Below, in pieces: positions 41,780-54,569 of a DNA stretch of 64,000 nucleotides. This DNA comes from Mytilus edulis. Taxonomy: Eukaryota. Position 1 is the first letter of the stretch. Each line of letters opens with the position of its first letter. The position numbers and the translations under genes were made by a program. The DNA is taken from NCBI RefSeq assembly GCF_963676685.1, contig NC_092348.1:88970001-89034000 (forward strand). Direction: 5' to 3'. A model generated the notes under the pieces. The model made no database searches. It saw only the letters and a program-made list of their open reading frames with translations, and was not told where the DNA came from.

Positions 41780-42005
41780 CTGTTGGCCATTTTGTGGTGG
41801 TTAGTTTAAATTGATGGAGGAAACTGGAGTGTCCATAGAGAACCCAGATCTTTGGCAGAAAAACTTGCAATCCTATTCAATTAAAATTTAGGCAGAGCAC
41901 ACCTGCCAATTGTGGGGTGCAAACTCTCAGCCTCAGTGTTGGCAGGCTATTATATATAACGATACAGTAGAATGACTACTTACACCTCTCAGCCACCAAG
42001 GCCCC
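41780..42005 (-). mobile_element. tRNA-derived SINE (V-SINE-like core)
   Basis: On -: GGGGCCTTGGTGGCTGAGAGG head and ACTCCAGTTTCCTCCATCAAT core. Confidence 0.55.
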
Positions 42006-44018
42006 TTAACATCGTGGATGTATAGATAAATCTTCTGTTGAAATTCAACACAAGCTTGTCAGAAAATAAACTGTGTTGGGGATAATATCCTATCCTATTC
42101 CAAATATCATTCAAAGTCTTTATTTAAGTTTATTATTCCTTGTCTGTATCATGCAGTGGAATAAAGATATTGTCTCTCTTTCAATTATAGTCTTCAATAA
42201 TACAAGGTATACAATAATAGGCCAAAAGGACCAGTTAACTAAAGAATTTAATAAAATAGAATATGTTGGATAGCACAAACAGAATTACACAAGATATTGG
42301 TGATAAAAACACAACACTGTGACTGTGTGACATCGGCAATCTAACACAAAAATTATAATTCTGAGAATTCAAATGACTTCAATTTGAACTCCTCTTCATG
42401 CATGTCTTATTCAAGATGTTTTGTAGAGTCCTTTTAACAATAAATAACAAGTTATTTTTAAGAGGTTGACATCCTTAGATTGATGTATGCACTAGCCTAG
42501 GACATTAATTTTATGACCCAGTATTATATATGGATACACATTTACAAAAAAAGGTGAAAGTGTGAAATTGTTTGTTTTTACCGTCTATTAACATAAAAAT
42601 TACGATGTTATATAAAACTATCAAAAACAAATACATGAATGCCCCATCTCCACTATAATTTTCTATGTTCAGTGGAATATGAAAATGGGATAAAATCTCT
42701 AATTTGGCATTAAAATTAGAAAGATCAGATCATAGGGAACATATTTACTAAGTTTCAAGTTGATTGGACTTCATCTTCATCAAAAATGGAATCAAATTTG
42801 GTTCTTTCAGCTTTAGTTTTGGTCTGAATGAATTATAATGAATGATCTTTATTCTCTTATACCAAATACATAGTTATAGAGAAGATATTACAATAATAAC
42901 AAATATTTGATATATCATGAACTGAGACTTCTACAAAAAAGATTCTAGATCTGATAACTGGTAGGTATCCGTCATATTGATTACTGCACTGTAGATAGAT
43001 GAACATTAGGATAGACAGGCACCCAGTATTGAAGTATATCCTATTCCGATTATAACAATACACAAAAACCAACTTCACAATACCCAGTATACAGTTAATA
43101 AAAAATCATCAAGTATGAAAATTTCTTTCCAATTTAAAAAAAAAATAACAGAATAAATGTTCAGCAGTATTAACTTCAAATTGTAAATGTCCTAAAATTA
43201 CCTACCAATAATATGCATTATTCCAAATCCAACCAAGATTGATGCAACTAATTCTGAACAATAAAAAGCTGCTACTGCAAGTGTAGGAATATTACATAAT
43301 ACTGAAAGGATGTGAGTCTGATGATAACCAAGGAAGAGCAAAACAACAAAGTAACCGCAAGAACAGATACCAGTTCAATCTCCTTAAGAAGACTTAAGAA
43401 TAAAGTGGGTAATTACTAATAAGGTGACACACGATATTCCCCCGTCACATGATACTTAATGACTTGTATACAGCTCGGCAATTGTCAAAATCATATGTTT
43501 TTTCTGGGTCAATGACATCATATGATGTTATTTAGATACAATTTCACGTTTAAATTGATGTAAACACTTTACATTTGACCATGGCTTCTGCAACAGATCT
43601 GCATGCATGTATGTCCTTAAACTTTCTTATTTTAAATTTTAGTTAGTAGAGGTAATCACAAAAGAAATGTCAATGTCATTTTACTTTTAAAATATTGTAA
43701 TACTTAGACATATATCAGCAAATGTAATAAGTATGGTAACTTTTTAACCTTCACTAATATTTGGGTCAAATAGGGGCATTATTGCCTCTCCTAATAGATA
43801 CTGTACAAAACATTTAGATATAACCCCCGACAAGGTCCCTTACTTGGGATGTTATGGGGTTAAACTTTTAAAAACACTCAAACCTCTTTCCTGTCTTGTA
43901 ACTGACAGTGAATTTACACCAAAAGCATACAATAAAACTAATTAAAATTAAAGAGCTGTGGAATAATTACCAAAGAGACACCTACCAATTAGACATATAA
44001 AACAGATATATAACAGTA

Positions 44019-44354
44019 AACAGGCTATTATTTGAACTTGGAATTATTTTTAATTATGAAATTTGCTTGATTTCTTGTTATTGAATTTTTTTAAAAATTC
44101 CATGTTTATTCTGTACTGAAATGTTCTGTGCTGCGCACAACACTTTCTATTACAAAGAAAATAGTATATTTTCAATAGAATGTACTGTGCCGCGCACAAC
44201 ACTATCTAACCAAAATACATTGTATGGAAAGTGGTATTAACCACTCAAAAGATTATAATACCAAATAAACAAAATTTATCAAAAAAATTTAAACACAAGA
44301 AATTATGCAAATTCCATAATTAAAAATAATTCCAAGTTCAAATAATAGCCTGTT
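44019..44354. mobile_element. MITE with ~48-bp TIRs and apparent 4-bp TSD (AGTA)
   Basis: AACAGGCTATTATTTGAACTTGGAATTATTTTTAATTATG.. and its reverse complement. Confidence 0.7.
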
Positions 44355-45319
44355 AGTATATTATCATAAGTATAAGAGCAGGAAACTAGGAATAATAGAT
44401 AGCAAAACCTCAGGCATTTTGGTCCTCTGAAATCATAAAATAATTATAAAGGGTTCCATGAACCCTGCCTCTAGCCTGCAGCTGTCTGTGTAAAAATGTT
44501 ATGCTGAATGTAAAAAGTAAATTTTATCATTTATCATTTAAATACAGAATTTCTTTTATAAAAATCAACCTTTTTTCTTCAGATACAATTTCTTTTATCT
44601 TGGAAATATACTGAAAATGAAAAAAAATATTTTCTAAATTTGCTATTAATCCTAAAAATGCTTTTGCCAAAAATTCATAAAATTCTATGAAAATTCAACA
44701 AGATAGAATTGATTTCTTTTATATAAACCAACATATAGTTTTTACATGCTAACTGCAAAAAAAAACAAAAAAAAACAGTAAAATAGAGCAAAAATAAAAG
44801 AAAATATTTAAAGTGCTTTTCTCTTGAAATGTTCTTTTGGTCATACCAAAAAGTATCTGATCCATTAACATAAAATTTCATGAAGGTTTGACAAAGTTAT
44901 TGATGACTGCTGAAAAATCTTTAACCTTAGACATTGTATCTAAATGTTCACTGTCAGTAAATTATGCAAAAATGAATATTTTCAAAATTTTGATCTGGAT
45001 ACTACTGTCTTTTGGTCATAAAAAAACTTATATCCAAATTTCATCAAATTCTATGAAGATTTAGCAAATTATTGATGTTTGATAAAAACTTTAACCGCAG
45101 ACAGAACTTAGATGTAGCATCAACTGCCAACAATGACTATGGAATGAAGGATTGCTAGGTCTCGCTATCTAGACATAAATGTTGCAGTCTCCACAAAAAG
45201 AGAATTATTATAGCGTCCAAACAAACGTTGAACAACAATTAAGAGAGTTTTAAAAAAAACTTATAACGGAGATATATAATGAAATTAACAAGGTTGCCAT
45301 AGGTAAAATAGCTATAAAG

Positions 45320-45418
45320 AGATTATCATTGGTCATCTCAACTCGATTGCTTTTCTCACTTTTGTCCTACTGGCTTAAGCGAGAAAATCAATCTTGTTGA
45401 GATGACCAATGATAATCT
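45320..45418. repeat. ~100-bp palindrome / hairpin mini-element
   Basis: AGATTATCATTGGTCATCTCAAC...GTTGAGATGACCAATGATAATCT. Confidence 0.7.
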
Positions 45419-45603
45419 ACTCATTAATTACAGGCAAAAAAATTCAAGAATAACTTCAATTTTTAAATCAAATGTAATGTGAAGTGTTATATTTACATCA
45501 CAAATAATTTACCTCTAAATAAGCTGGTAATAATCAAATGAATAACAAAATAGGTAAAAAAATTCTTTAAAAATAACTTTTCAACAGAGAGCTTTGCCCT
45601 TAA

Positions 45604-46002
45604 GGATGTACTTAGGTGAGGTAAGGTAAAATTTAATAAATTAAGAAATTAAAATTGATACTATAAGCTGGTAGAGCATCAATTAAGAATAAAGATAAGC
45701 TAAAAATATTGATAGGTCACGGACCTCCTTTTCGAGATATTTGAGATTAAAAAATGGCAGGAAAAGGCTGACTCTGACTTTTACCTTATATTTGCATTGG
45801 TATTATTTGGGTCTTAAAACAAAAGAAAGAAAATCAAGAATCTTTTAAAATTTTGGTAAATGACCTTTCATGAGCGATTAAATCTTATATGAAAAAATAA
45901 ATGGGTGTTATGGGGCAAACTATTTTACATTGTATTGTATGGAAAAACACCAAGGAGTCCGAACATTTGACACAAATTCCAAAATCTCACCTAAGTACAT
46001 CC
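45604..46002. mobile_element. Kolobok-like MITE
   Basis: Perfect 17-bp TIR GGATGTACTTAGGTGAG, TTAA TSD. Confidence 0.75.
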
Positions 46003-46045
46003 TTAAGTTAACTAAATGTCTTTATTTTTGAGGATGAAAATTCAA

Positions 46046-46223
46046 CTACCAATACATATATATAGTCAAATAACAAATATCTAAATGTTACTACCAATAC
46101 ATGTCATTAGTCAAATAACAATTATCTAAATGTTACTACCAATACATGTAATTAGTCAAATAACAATTATCTAAATGTTACTACCAATACATGTAATTAG
46201 TCAAATAACAATTATCTAAATGT
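46046..46223. repeat. 45-bp tandem repeat x~4
   Basis: Unit TACTACCAATACATGTAATTAGTCAAATAACAATTATCTAAATGT. Confidence 0.9.
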
Positions 46224-46228
46224 ATTTC

Positions 46229-46528
46229 ATGCTGCGTTTACATGTAATTCAAATCGATTCGCATTAACTAATTCGAATTAGTTTAATTCACATTCGAAAC
46301 GTTTTACGTCCAAACATTAACTCTAATTCCAATTGCAATGCCCGTCAAATTTGCTTTACTGTCCGAACAACATTTACTTTTAATTTGTATCAACAAAAAT
46401 AGATTTCTAAGGCGAATTAGCCAATTCGAATCAATTCGAATTAAAAAGGAAGAGTGTGTGAACGCGATTAGCGAAATCAATTCGAATTCGAATTCAATTA
46501 GAATTAAATGTACGTGTGAACTAGGCAT
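46229..46528. mobile_element. Probable MITE rich in ATTCGAAT palindromes
   Basis: Imperfect TIRs (ATGCTGCGTTTACATGTA / TACGTGTGAACTAGGCAT). Confidence 0.45.
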
Positions 46529-47020
46529 AACATGTCAACTCATATAACTAATTTGCAATCTAATTTGTGACAAATAACTTCTTCAAGTATTTATAAAGTC
46601 AAAAAATAGCTAAATACTTTTCTTTTAAATTGTAAAATATAAATTGATAACAATAACCTTTACTCAAAAGATATAAATAATATTTTGCAGTTATGATTGA
46701 AATTCTGAACAATATAATAACCAATATAAAAATTCATAATGAATATATGTAAATTTTTACATGGTGCTAAGGATCTCAAAATTCTTGCTACATTTTAACC
46801 AATGTTTAATACTTAAGACTTGTACAAACTGTATGTTCAATGTCTTTCCATATTAAACATTGGTTAAAATTAAAATATGATACATGTATATGTGTAGTTT
46901 TTATGTACGACTGTTCAATTTAATTGAAAATGTTAAACAAATTCTAAAGGTTACAAATTTGTTTCATTAAAAAAAAATTTTATATACTATAAAAAAATGT
47001 GTATTGGTAATTAGATTTAC

Positions 47021-47294
47021 CTTGTTTTTCTTGAAGCAGTAACATTTGCAGCTTGGATGTAACCTGGCAGAGATTTATCTCCCCTGTTTTATAATTACAG
47101 TATTGCAGGTATTGTTTAGCTCTTTTCTGATAGCTACTGTAAACAGTTTGGTTACAGTAGGAATTGTTTGTATAATTAAGCTGATTTCCTGCGTATTTGC
47201 TGCCAAATGTTTTCTGTCCGAGAGGTAACACATCGGCACACTTATAAAAACTGTAAGGTTCCTGAGGAACACTTGAACGAATAAATTCAGTCAT
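47021..47294 (-). CDS. Possible further HNF4 alternative first exon (ATG 47294 or 47045)
   Basis: Open frame ends ...LLLQEKQ at AAG|GTAAAT, a phase-1 donor in frame with the DBD exon. TATAAA (47302-47297) and CCAAT (~47390) are nearby. Confidence 0.3.
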
Positions 47295-47983
47295 AATTTA
47301 TATTAGGAAAGGAAATAATATTGTTTTTCAACTTAAATACTGACAAAATTTGAAGTGTCTTGACAGTTCACATCTACTTCCCTAACAAGCCAATCAAATT
47401 GTATATTAACATTTATTTTTTTTGCATAGTATCCAATTTTTGTTTGATTTGGAAGATCATCCTTTTCATATAATCTGAATTTATCTAGAATTTATGTTTA
47501 GAATTTATGTCATAAAAATCAACAACTTTTACTGAACTCTGGAGGAGCAAAATTTAATTTTGTAATTCATACATTTTATTATAATTTTTATGAAAGAGAC
47601 TGCTTTGTCTGAAAAGGGTAAAATAAAGGATGTCATATTGCCGCAAGTATATTTCTACATGTGGTTTTCAAAGAAACAAAACAATTTATGTATATATATA
47701 TTATATACCTGTAATGCTGTATCATTAAATTCAAACAAGTCGACAGATCACAACTATAAAAATCATATTTTTCTCTGGTGGAGAGTTTGTGTAATTTGTA
47801 ATCATACCACACCTTATTATTTCAATATTTGTCTGGAGTTGAGATAATTAAACTTAGCTGTATTAATACACCTCATCCATAATTAGATAAAATGCTGGTA
47901 AACTTTTACACTGGTCAGTGACAGTTTATGGCCTTTGGTTCAAATGGTGTTTTTGATTATAATAGATATCCTTTTTGTGACGT

Positions 47984-48089
47984 CTGTAAGGTGATCAATT
48001 AATTAACGGCTGTAAGGTGATCAAAAAATTAACGGCTGTAAGGTGATCAATTAATTTACGGCTTTAAGGTGATCAATTAATTAACGGCT
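47984..48089. repeat. 26-bp tandem repeat x4
   Basis: Unit CTGTAAGGTGATCAATTAATTAACGG. Confidence 0.9.
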
Positions 48090-48341
48090 TAAAAATTTAA
48101 CAAATATAATTACATCCATGGACATATTGGTACTTGGGATGTTACCTAGTTATCAAAGCCTTACATTTCAGTAACCAATTACTTTCCATGTAGAATTTTC
48201 TTATTGATTTTTGTTATTAATTAATATCATATCAATGCATTTGTATATGACTATTGCCATGTAGGGTCACTTCAAAGAAACATTTAAGACCTTTTTTTGA
48301 ATTTCAATATTTCCAATTTTAAATAAGCAGTCCCCAATTAA

Positions 48342-48959
48342 GGGCATACGATACAGTTTTGATCCTGTATTTACAGTTTGATGAAAATTTCCATATAGGC
48401 TAGTATTTGCCTGATTAAATCAAATATGTAATAAAAAATATACCTTCATGTGCTACTTTTTGAGTTAAATGAGGTCGAAATTTTGTATATTTGCTCAAAA
48501 TTCTGATTGGTTGCCGTATTTTCCCTTTCGAAAGAAAACAATACCTTTTTTGTTTTAAAAGATAAACACAAATTGTTTTTTGTTAGATAATTTGTAATTT
48601 TTGTAATTTATAAGTATCCTAAAAAATTATGCCTTTTTTATTCAGAAATAACTCATATTTATCAAATGGTCATGAATTAAGAAAAAATCGTATTTTTTGC
48701 TGTATATTTATCAAAATTAAAAAAAATCCTCTATTTACAGTTTTATAAAATTTGGTCCACATAATCTCCCTGCAAAATGAAACAAAATGTCGTTTAAAAA
48801 AATAGGGGTCCATGCACTCGTTTTCAAATTAAATCAGTTTGAATGATAGAAAATAGTCGAAAAATGCATCTTTTCCCGATATGTCATAGTTTGATGTCGC
48901 GAAAATAACATTTTACGTTAGCAACGTCATTACCTCCCCTGTAACTGTATCGTAAGCCC
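48342..48959. mobile_element. Kolobok-like MITE
   Basis: TIR GGGC(A/T)TACGATACAGTT, TTAA TSD. Confidence 0.75.
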
Positions 48960-49273
48960 TTAAAAACCACTTTGCTTTTGGATTCCAGAAAGTATTGTTG
49001 AAAAAAGGCATAAAGTTTAAGGTTTGGTTCATAAAGAGATGCAGGTTCAATTTATATGAAATGTGCTATAGAGGGATCTAAAAATTAATGGTCTGTTAAG
49101 ACAGGTTTTTGCTTAATACTGGTGGTCTCTTAAGCAGGTTTTACTGTAGTTGTAAATTTTCTCACGACACTGGACAAGGACCGTGGAACATCTGTAGGAA
49201 GTATATATGGAATTTTGTTGTAGGAAGCAATCATACGTGTACAATTGCAGGATGAACACAGAGATCTTAAAGA

Positions 49274-49286
49274 GGGTCAAAGTTCA
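49274..49286 (+). promoter_or_regulatory. DR1 / HNF4-type binding site
   Basis: GGGTCA-A-AGTTCA, flanked by GGAAGT and ATCAAT/ATTGAT motifs. Confidence 0.4.
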
Positions 49287-49459
49287 GTCTTTATTGATAT
49301 GAAAGGAAGTCTGCCTCGTGCCTGGAAGAATCATAACCAGAAATAACGTATAAATTATATCAATATAGGTCAATTAATGAAAGTCCTTTATTTTGAACTT
49401 AAATTTGAATGCCACTATAACCTTTTTTAACTGAAGTTTCCTACATTTACACAGTAATA

Positions 49460-49600
49460 AATAATAAACTCATCATAGCTAGCGGGCTTAAAATTTGTAT
49501 GCTAGACATACATTTTGTCTACAAAAGACTCATCAGTGATGCTCGAAATCAAGTGAGGTAAAAAAAGCCTAATGAAGTATGATGTTGAAGAGCATTGAGC
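49460..49600 (-). ncRNA. Degenerate minimal type-I hammerhead ribozyme / retrozyme-like fragment
   Basis: On -: GCATCA-CTGATGA-GTCT-tttgt-AGAC-AAAA-TGTATG-TC-TAGC. GAAA has decayed to AAAA. The flank is homologous to 1630-1740. Confidence 0.55.
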
Positions 49601-50047
49601 GTATAATGAGCAGTTACTTCTAGTTATTGATGTGGATTATTGCCGGTACAACAGATTCTGATTTATTTATTTCTACTTAAAATTTAGAAAACATAACAAA
49701 AACAAAAATTAAACATTCTTCTTGACACTGCAAAATTGTAATATATGTCATCATGTCTATTTTTAGGACTAAGTAAGTTATAGTCTGTGACCCTCTCCAT
49801 CTTTATAAATACTTTATTTCACACATGCCATATATTCTTAAATTCATTTAAACTGATAATACATCATGTATATACTTTTCAATTGAGAGAAAAAAAAACA
49901 AAGATAACACAATTCTGCAAAAAGTGTCAGATACCTTAGCAAAAATAAATAGTTATAATGCAAAAATTCATAAATGGAGTAAAATGATACTTTTCACACT
50001 GGGTATCCCATTCCAATCCATGGACGGATCAGAATCCTACATTATTT

Positions 50048-52265
50048 AACTAGAGGCTCTCAAGAGCCTGTGTCGCTCACCTTGGTCTATGTGCATATTA
50101 AACAATGCCAATGGACACAGATAAATTCATGACAAAATTGTGTTTTGGTGATCATGATGTGTTTGTAGATCTTACTTTACTGAACATTCTTGTTGCTACA
50201 ATTATCTCTTTCTATAATGAACTTGGCCCAGTAATTTCCATGATTACAGTGGAAAATATTTTCTAAAACTTTACAAAAATTTATGAAAATTGTTAAGAAA
50301 TGACTATAAAGGACAATAACTCCTTAAGGGGTCAATTGACAAGTTTGGTCATATTGACTTATTTGTAGATCTTATTTTGCTGAACATTATTGTTGTTTAC
50401 AGTTTATCTCTATCTATAATAATATTCAAAATAATAATCAAAATCTCCAAAGTTTCCTTAAAATTACTAATTTTGGGGCAGCAACCCAACAACAGGTTGT
50501 CTGTTTTGTCTGAAAATTTCAGGGCAGATAGATATTGACCTGATAAACAATTTAATCAATATCGGATTTGCTTTTAACGCTTTGGTTGCAGAGGTAAAAG
50601 CCAAAATCTACATTTCACCCTATGTACTATTTTTAGCCATGGCAGCCATCTTGGTAGGTTGGCCAGGTCATCGGACACATTTTTTAAACTAGATACCCAA
50701 ATGATGATTGTGGCCAAGTTTGGTTAAATTTGGCTCAGTAGTTTCAGAGGAGAAGATCTTTTAAAAGAATACTAAAATTTTTGAAAAATGGTTAAAAATT
50801 TACTATAAGGGCAATAACTCCTTAAGGGGTAAACTGACAATTTTGGTCAATTGATTTATTTGTAGATCTTACTTTGCTGAACATTATTGCTGTTTACAGT
50901 TTATCTCTATCTATAATAATATTCAAGATAATACCCAACAAGAGGCTGTCACAACGACAGCAAACCGGATTTATTAACATTTATTTGTGTCCTGGCAATA
51001 TCACAAGAACCATAATTGATGAATGCTGAAAGTGAAAATCGTCAATATCAAATTTGACCTCCATTTTGTAGTCAGTATCAACACATTAAAATTTGAAAAG
51101 CTTAGATTGAATGGTTCATTAGTAAATGCAACAACGTGAATGGAAACGCCATTTTACGATCTTTCAAGAACCATAACTCCTGAACAGTAAAAGTCAAAAT
51201 CGTCATTATTGAACTTGACCTCTATTTTGTCATCAGTAACAACATATAAAAATTTCAAAAGCTTTGGTTGAATGGTTTATAAGAAAATGCACGGACACGA
51301 CTGGAAACTCCATTTTTCAATCTTTCAAGAACCATAACTCCTGAACCGTAAAAGTCAAAATTGTCATTATTGAACTTGACCTCCATTTTGTCATCAGTAA
51401 CAATATATTAAAATTTGGGAAGCTTTGGTAGAACTGTTCATGCGTAAATGCACGGACACGACTGGAAACTCCATTTTTCAATCTTTCAAGAACCATAACT
51501 CCTGAACCATAAAAGTCAAAATCGTCATTATTGTACTTGACCTCCATTTTGTCATTGGTAACAACATATAAAAATTCGGTAAGCTTTTGTAGAACAGTTC
51601 ATGCGTAAATGCACGGACACGACTGGAAACTCCATTTTTCAATCTTTCAAGAACCATAACTCCTGAACGGTAAAAGTCAAAATCGCCATTATTGTTCTTG
51701 ACCTTCATTTAGTTGTCAGTAACAACATATTAAAATTTTAAAAGCTTTGGTTGAACGGTTCATGAGTTAATGCACGGACAACATTTGATTGCCGCCCGCC
51801 CGGCCGCCCGCCGTACATCCCCAAATCAATAACCGACATTTTTGTCACAAAAATCCGGTTAAAAACTGCAAAATTTCCTTAAAATTACTAATTTTTGGGC
51901 AGTAACCCAACAACGGGTTGTCTGATTTGTCTGCAAATTTCAGGGCAGATAGATCTTGACCTAATAAACAATTTTACCCACTGTCAGATTTGCTCTAAAT
52001 GCTTTGGTTTCAGAGTTATATTAGCCAAAATCTACATTTTACCCCTTATTCTATTTTTAGTCATGGCAGCCATCTTGGTTGGTTGGTAGGGTCACGCCAC
52101 ATATTTTTAAACTAGATACCCCAATGATGATTGTGGCCAAGTTTGGTTAAATTTGCCCCAGTAGTTTCAGAGGAGAAGTTTTTTGTTAATGTTAACAGAC
52201 GACAAACGACGGACGCCAAGTGATGAGAAAAGCTCACTTGACCTTTCAGGTCAGGTGAGCTAAAA
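50048..52265 (-). mobile_element. HINE-like element, same family as 6614-7877, interrupted by a nested element
   Basis: Reverse-complement match to 6614-7877 on both sides of 50937-51862. Confidence 0.75.
50937..51862 (-). mobile_element. Nested HINE-like element carrying 161-bp tandem repeats
   Basis: Subterminal IR AACCGGATTT/AAATCCGGTT, (GCCC)n, repeat units at 51160, 51321, 51482 and 51643. Confidence 0.7.
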
Positions 52266-52423
52266 AGTGATCAGACAGTTTTGACAATTACTACAGGTGG
52301 CTGATCTCAGCATTTTAAAAATTATTCCCTTGTCACATTTTCTCTTTTAATAGTGGTTTTAAGATAATATACAAAACTATCATTATATCTGACAATGTTC
52401 ATGACTTTGGACATGCCCATACA

Positions 52424-54569
52424 CACGGTGTAGAATGGTAACGGACTTATCGGGTTTTTGTCGGCGTTTCCGCACTAATCGAGTTCGGCGACGGACTTAT
52501 CGCGTTTTGTTTTCAGACAGTGTGACACAAAATGAGCCAAATAGATGAAAAAAAGTCGTTAGTGTTTATGTTTATATGATCACGGAAGGCACCAATGATC
52601 TAACTTTGCAAAAATTTTCATTTTGCTTCGGTACCACTCTTGGCTTTTTCAAAAAGCTCCACACTAAACAGGTCAACAGGCCGAACACAGCTACTAATGG
52701 TGTGTTTTCCGTTTAAATACACAACATATTAGAATGTGGACTTTTTGTGCTCCTTTATTTCATACAAAATACATATTAGAACCACTTGTGTGCATTCAAA
52801 AACTTAAAATATCGTATATCAAAGCTTTATCAAAATTGGTTGACAGCGGACTAATCGGGTTTCCCTAAAATGGCGTGTTTTTTGGCACCGAACTGTTGAG
52901 GTTTATTTAGCCCAGGAATTATTGTGTTTTTATTGTTTTACCAGGGTAAAAAATGATGTTTTCGTATTTTTTGTTTGTTTGGGAAATGAAAAATAAAAGA
53001 TTTTAATAACCCCATGTATTTGAAATCGTGTGCTAGAATATACAAGTCTGGAACTTCTCACGAACAAGTGTTTTTCCGCAATCTTGATTTTTTTTTCTTT
53101 GAGTAAAAGTACATGGGGCAATATCACATGCAATGCGAAACTAAACACAAATGGTCTATTTCTGCTCTATCCCAGATTAACATGTGAAGGTCTTTTGACA
53201 GATGTTTCGAAAAGACACGTTTATCCCGGCGTAATAGAAATATTCATAATGATGCATGTATGAGTGAAGCTTTATGTGTCAGTCCTGAAAAACGATTGTT
53301 GATGGAGCCGGTGAATAACTATAACAACTGTTCCTTGTGTCTTTTTGTTGTTGGGATGTACAAGTACCCAGCCACGTCCACTTGAATTTTTGTCCATCTG
53401 ATGAGTTAAGCCTTTTTCAACTGAATTTTATAGTTCGTTCTTATGGTGTACTATTATACCACTGTCCCAACTAACATGTTTAACCCCACCACATTATGTA
53501 TGGATGTATGTGCCTGTCCCAAGTCAGGAGCCTGTAATTCAGTTGTTGTCGTTTGTTTATGTGTAACATTTGTTTTTCATTCATTTTTTTTTATATAAAT
53601 AAGGCCGATTGTTTTCTCGTATGAATTGTTTTACATTGTCATTTCGGGGCCTTTTATAGCTGACTATGCAGTATTGGCCTTGCTCGTTGTCGAAGGCCGT
53701 ACGGTGACATATAATTGGTAATTACTGTGTCATTTTGGTCTCTTGTGGAGAGTTGTCTGATTGGAAATCATATATATATACCACATCTTCTTTTTTATAC
53801 CTACTAGTTCAAATAACTATCATGTCTTGAAAGGCATTCTTTGACGCCTTACATCGTCGCAGAAGGGCGTCAAAGTAAACATTTAGAATAGCCTTCCCAG
53901 ACGTCATAATTATTTGTACTAGAGGCCGAGATACTGATAGAATCCCACACATTTGCTTGTGGATTAATAAAGTGTATCATTGTGTGATGTGTGATTAATG
54001 TATAAAGTAAGAAGTGTTGAACAACCATGAAGGCGGAGTAAAAACATAGACTGACTGAGAAGATATGAGTTTCCAAATTCATTTGCGCACAAAGAGTCCG
54101 GTGCCAAAAACACAAAGAGTCTGGTGCCACAAATTTTCCAGATTAACAATCATTTAAGACCTTAATAGTGCATGAAACAGTTCCGAAAGGGAAAATGTCT
54201 AAATTTAATAAATAATAACCAATTATTTACTTGCAGAAGAAAACAACAAGCTTAAAACACGCTTCAATTGGACATCTTTCCATGAAAAATGTTTGTTTTC
54301 AAGTTGGGGTACCACATTGGTGGAAACAATTTAAAATAAATCGTAGCTTCCCATGAATATATGACTAGATATCCAGCAAAATAAATAATTTCCCCATTCC
54401 GTGACATCAAGCTTATTTGGAAATATCAATTCTGCTTTAATACAAATTGAAAGAAATAACCACTTACGCCAAATGTTGTCACCTGAAAACACGATAAGTC
54501 CGTTGCTGAACCCGATTAGTGCGGAAACGCCGAAAAAACCCGATAAGTCCGTTACCATTCTACACTGTG
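52424..54569. mobile_element. Non-autonomous DNA transposon with CAC..GTG ends and 5-bp TSD (Transib/RAG-like)
   Basis: ~80-bp TIRs CAC(G/A)GTGTAGAATGGTAACGGACTTATCGGG, TSD ATACA on both sides, repeated CGGACTTATCG motifs, nested repeat at ~53330-53800. Confidence 0.75.
53330..53800 (+). mobile_element. Non-autonomous interspersed repeat (same group as 3095-3350, 7905-8290, 56945-57180, 61250-61755, 63180-63840)
   Basis: Shared CCTGT..AAGTCAGG core and GGAGAGTTGTCTC..CATACCACATCTTC end. Confidence 0.6.

Noticed and set aside
41950-42005. A/B-box-like sequence as a tRNA gene
   Set aside because: No cloverleaf; it continues into a SINE core and has decayed paralogues in the window.
46229-46528. 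TTCGAA clusters as heat-shock elements; ORFs 46304-46547
   Set aside because: Spacing is not nGAAnnTTCn; the palindromes and ORFs are internal to a MITE-like repeat.
53398-53430. CTGATGAG..CTGA as a hammerhead or box C/D motif
   Set aside because: No GAAA after the putative stem II and poor K-turn geometry; it is part of a common repeat.
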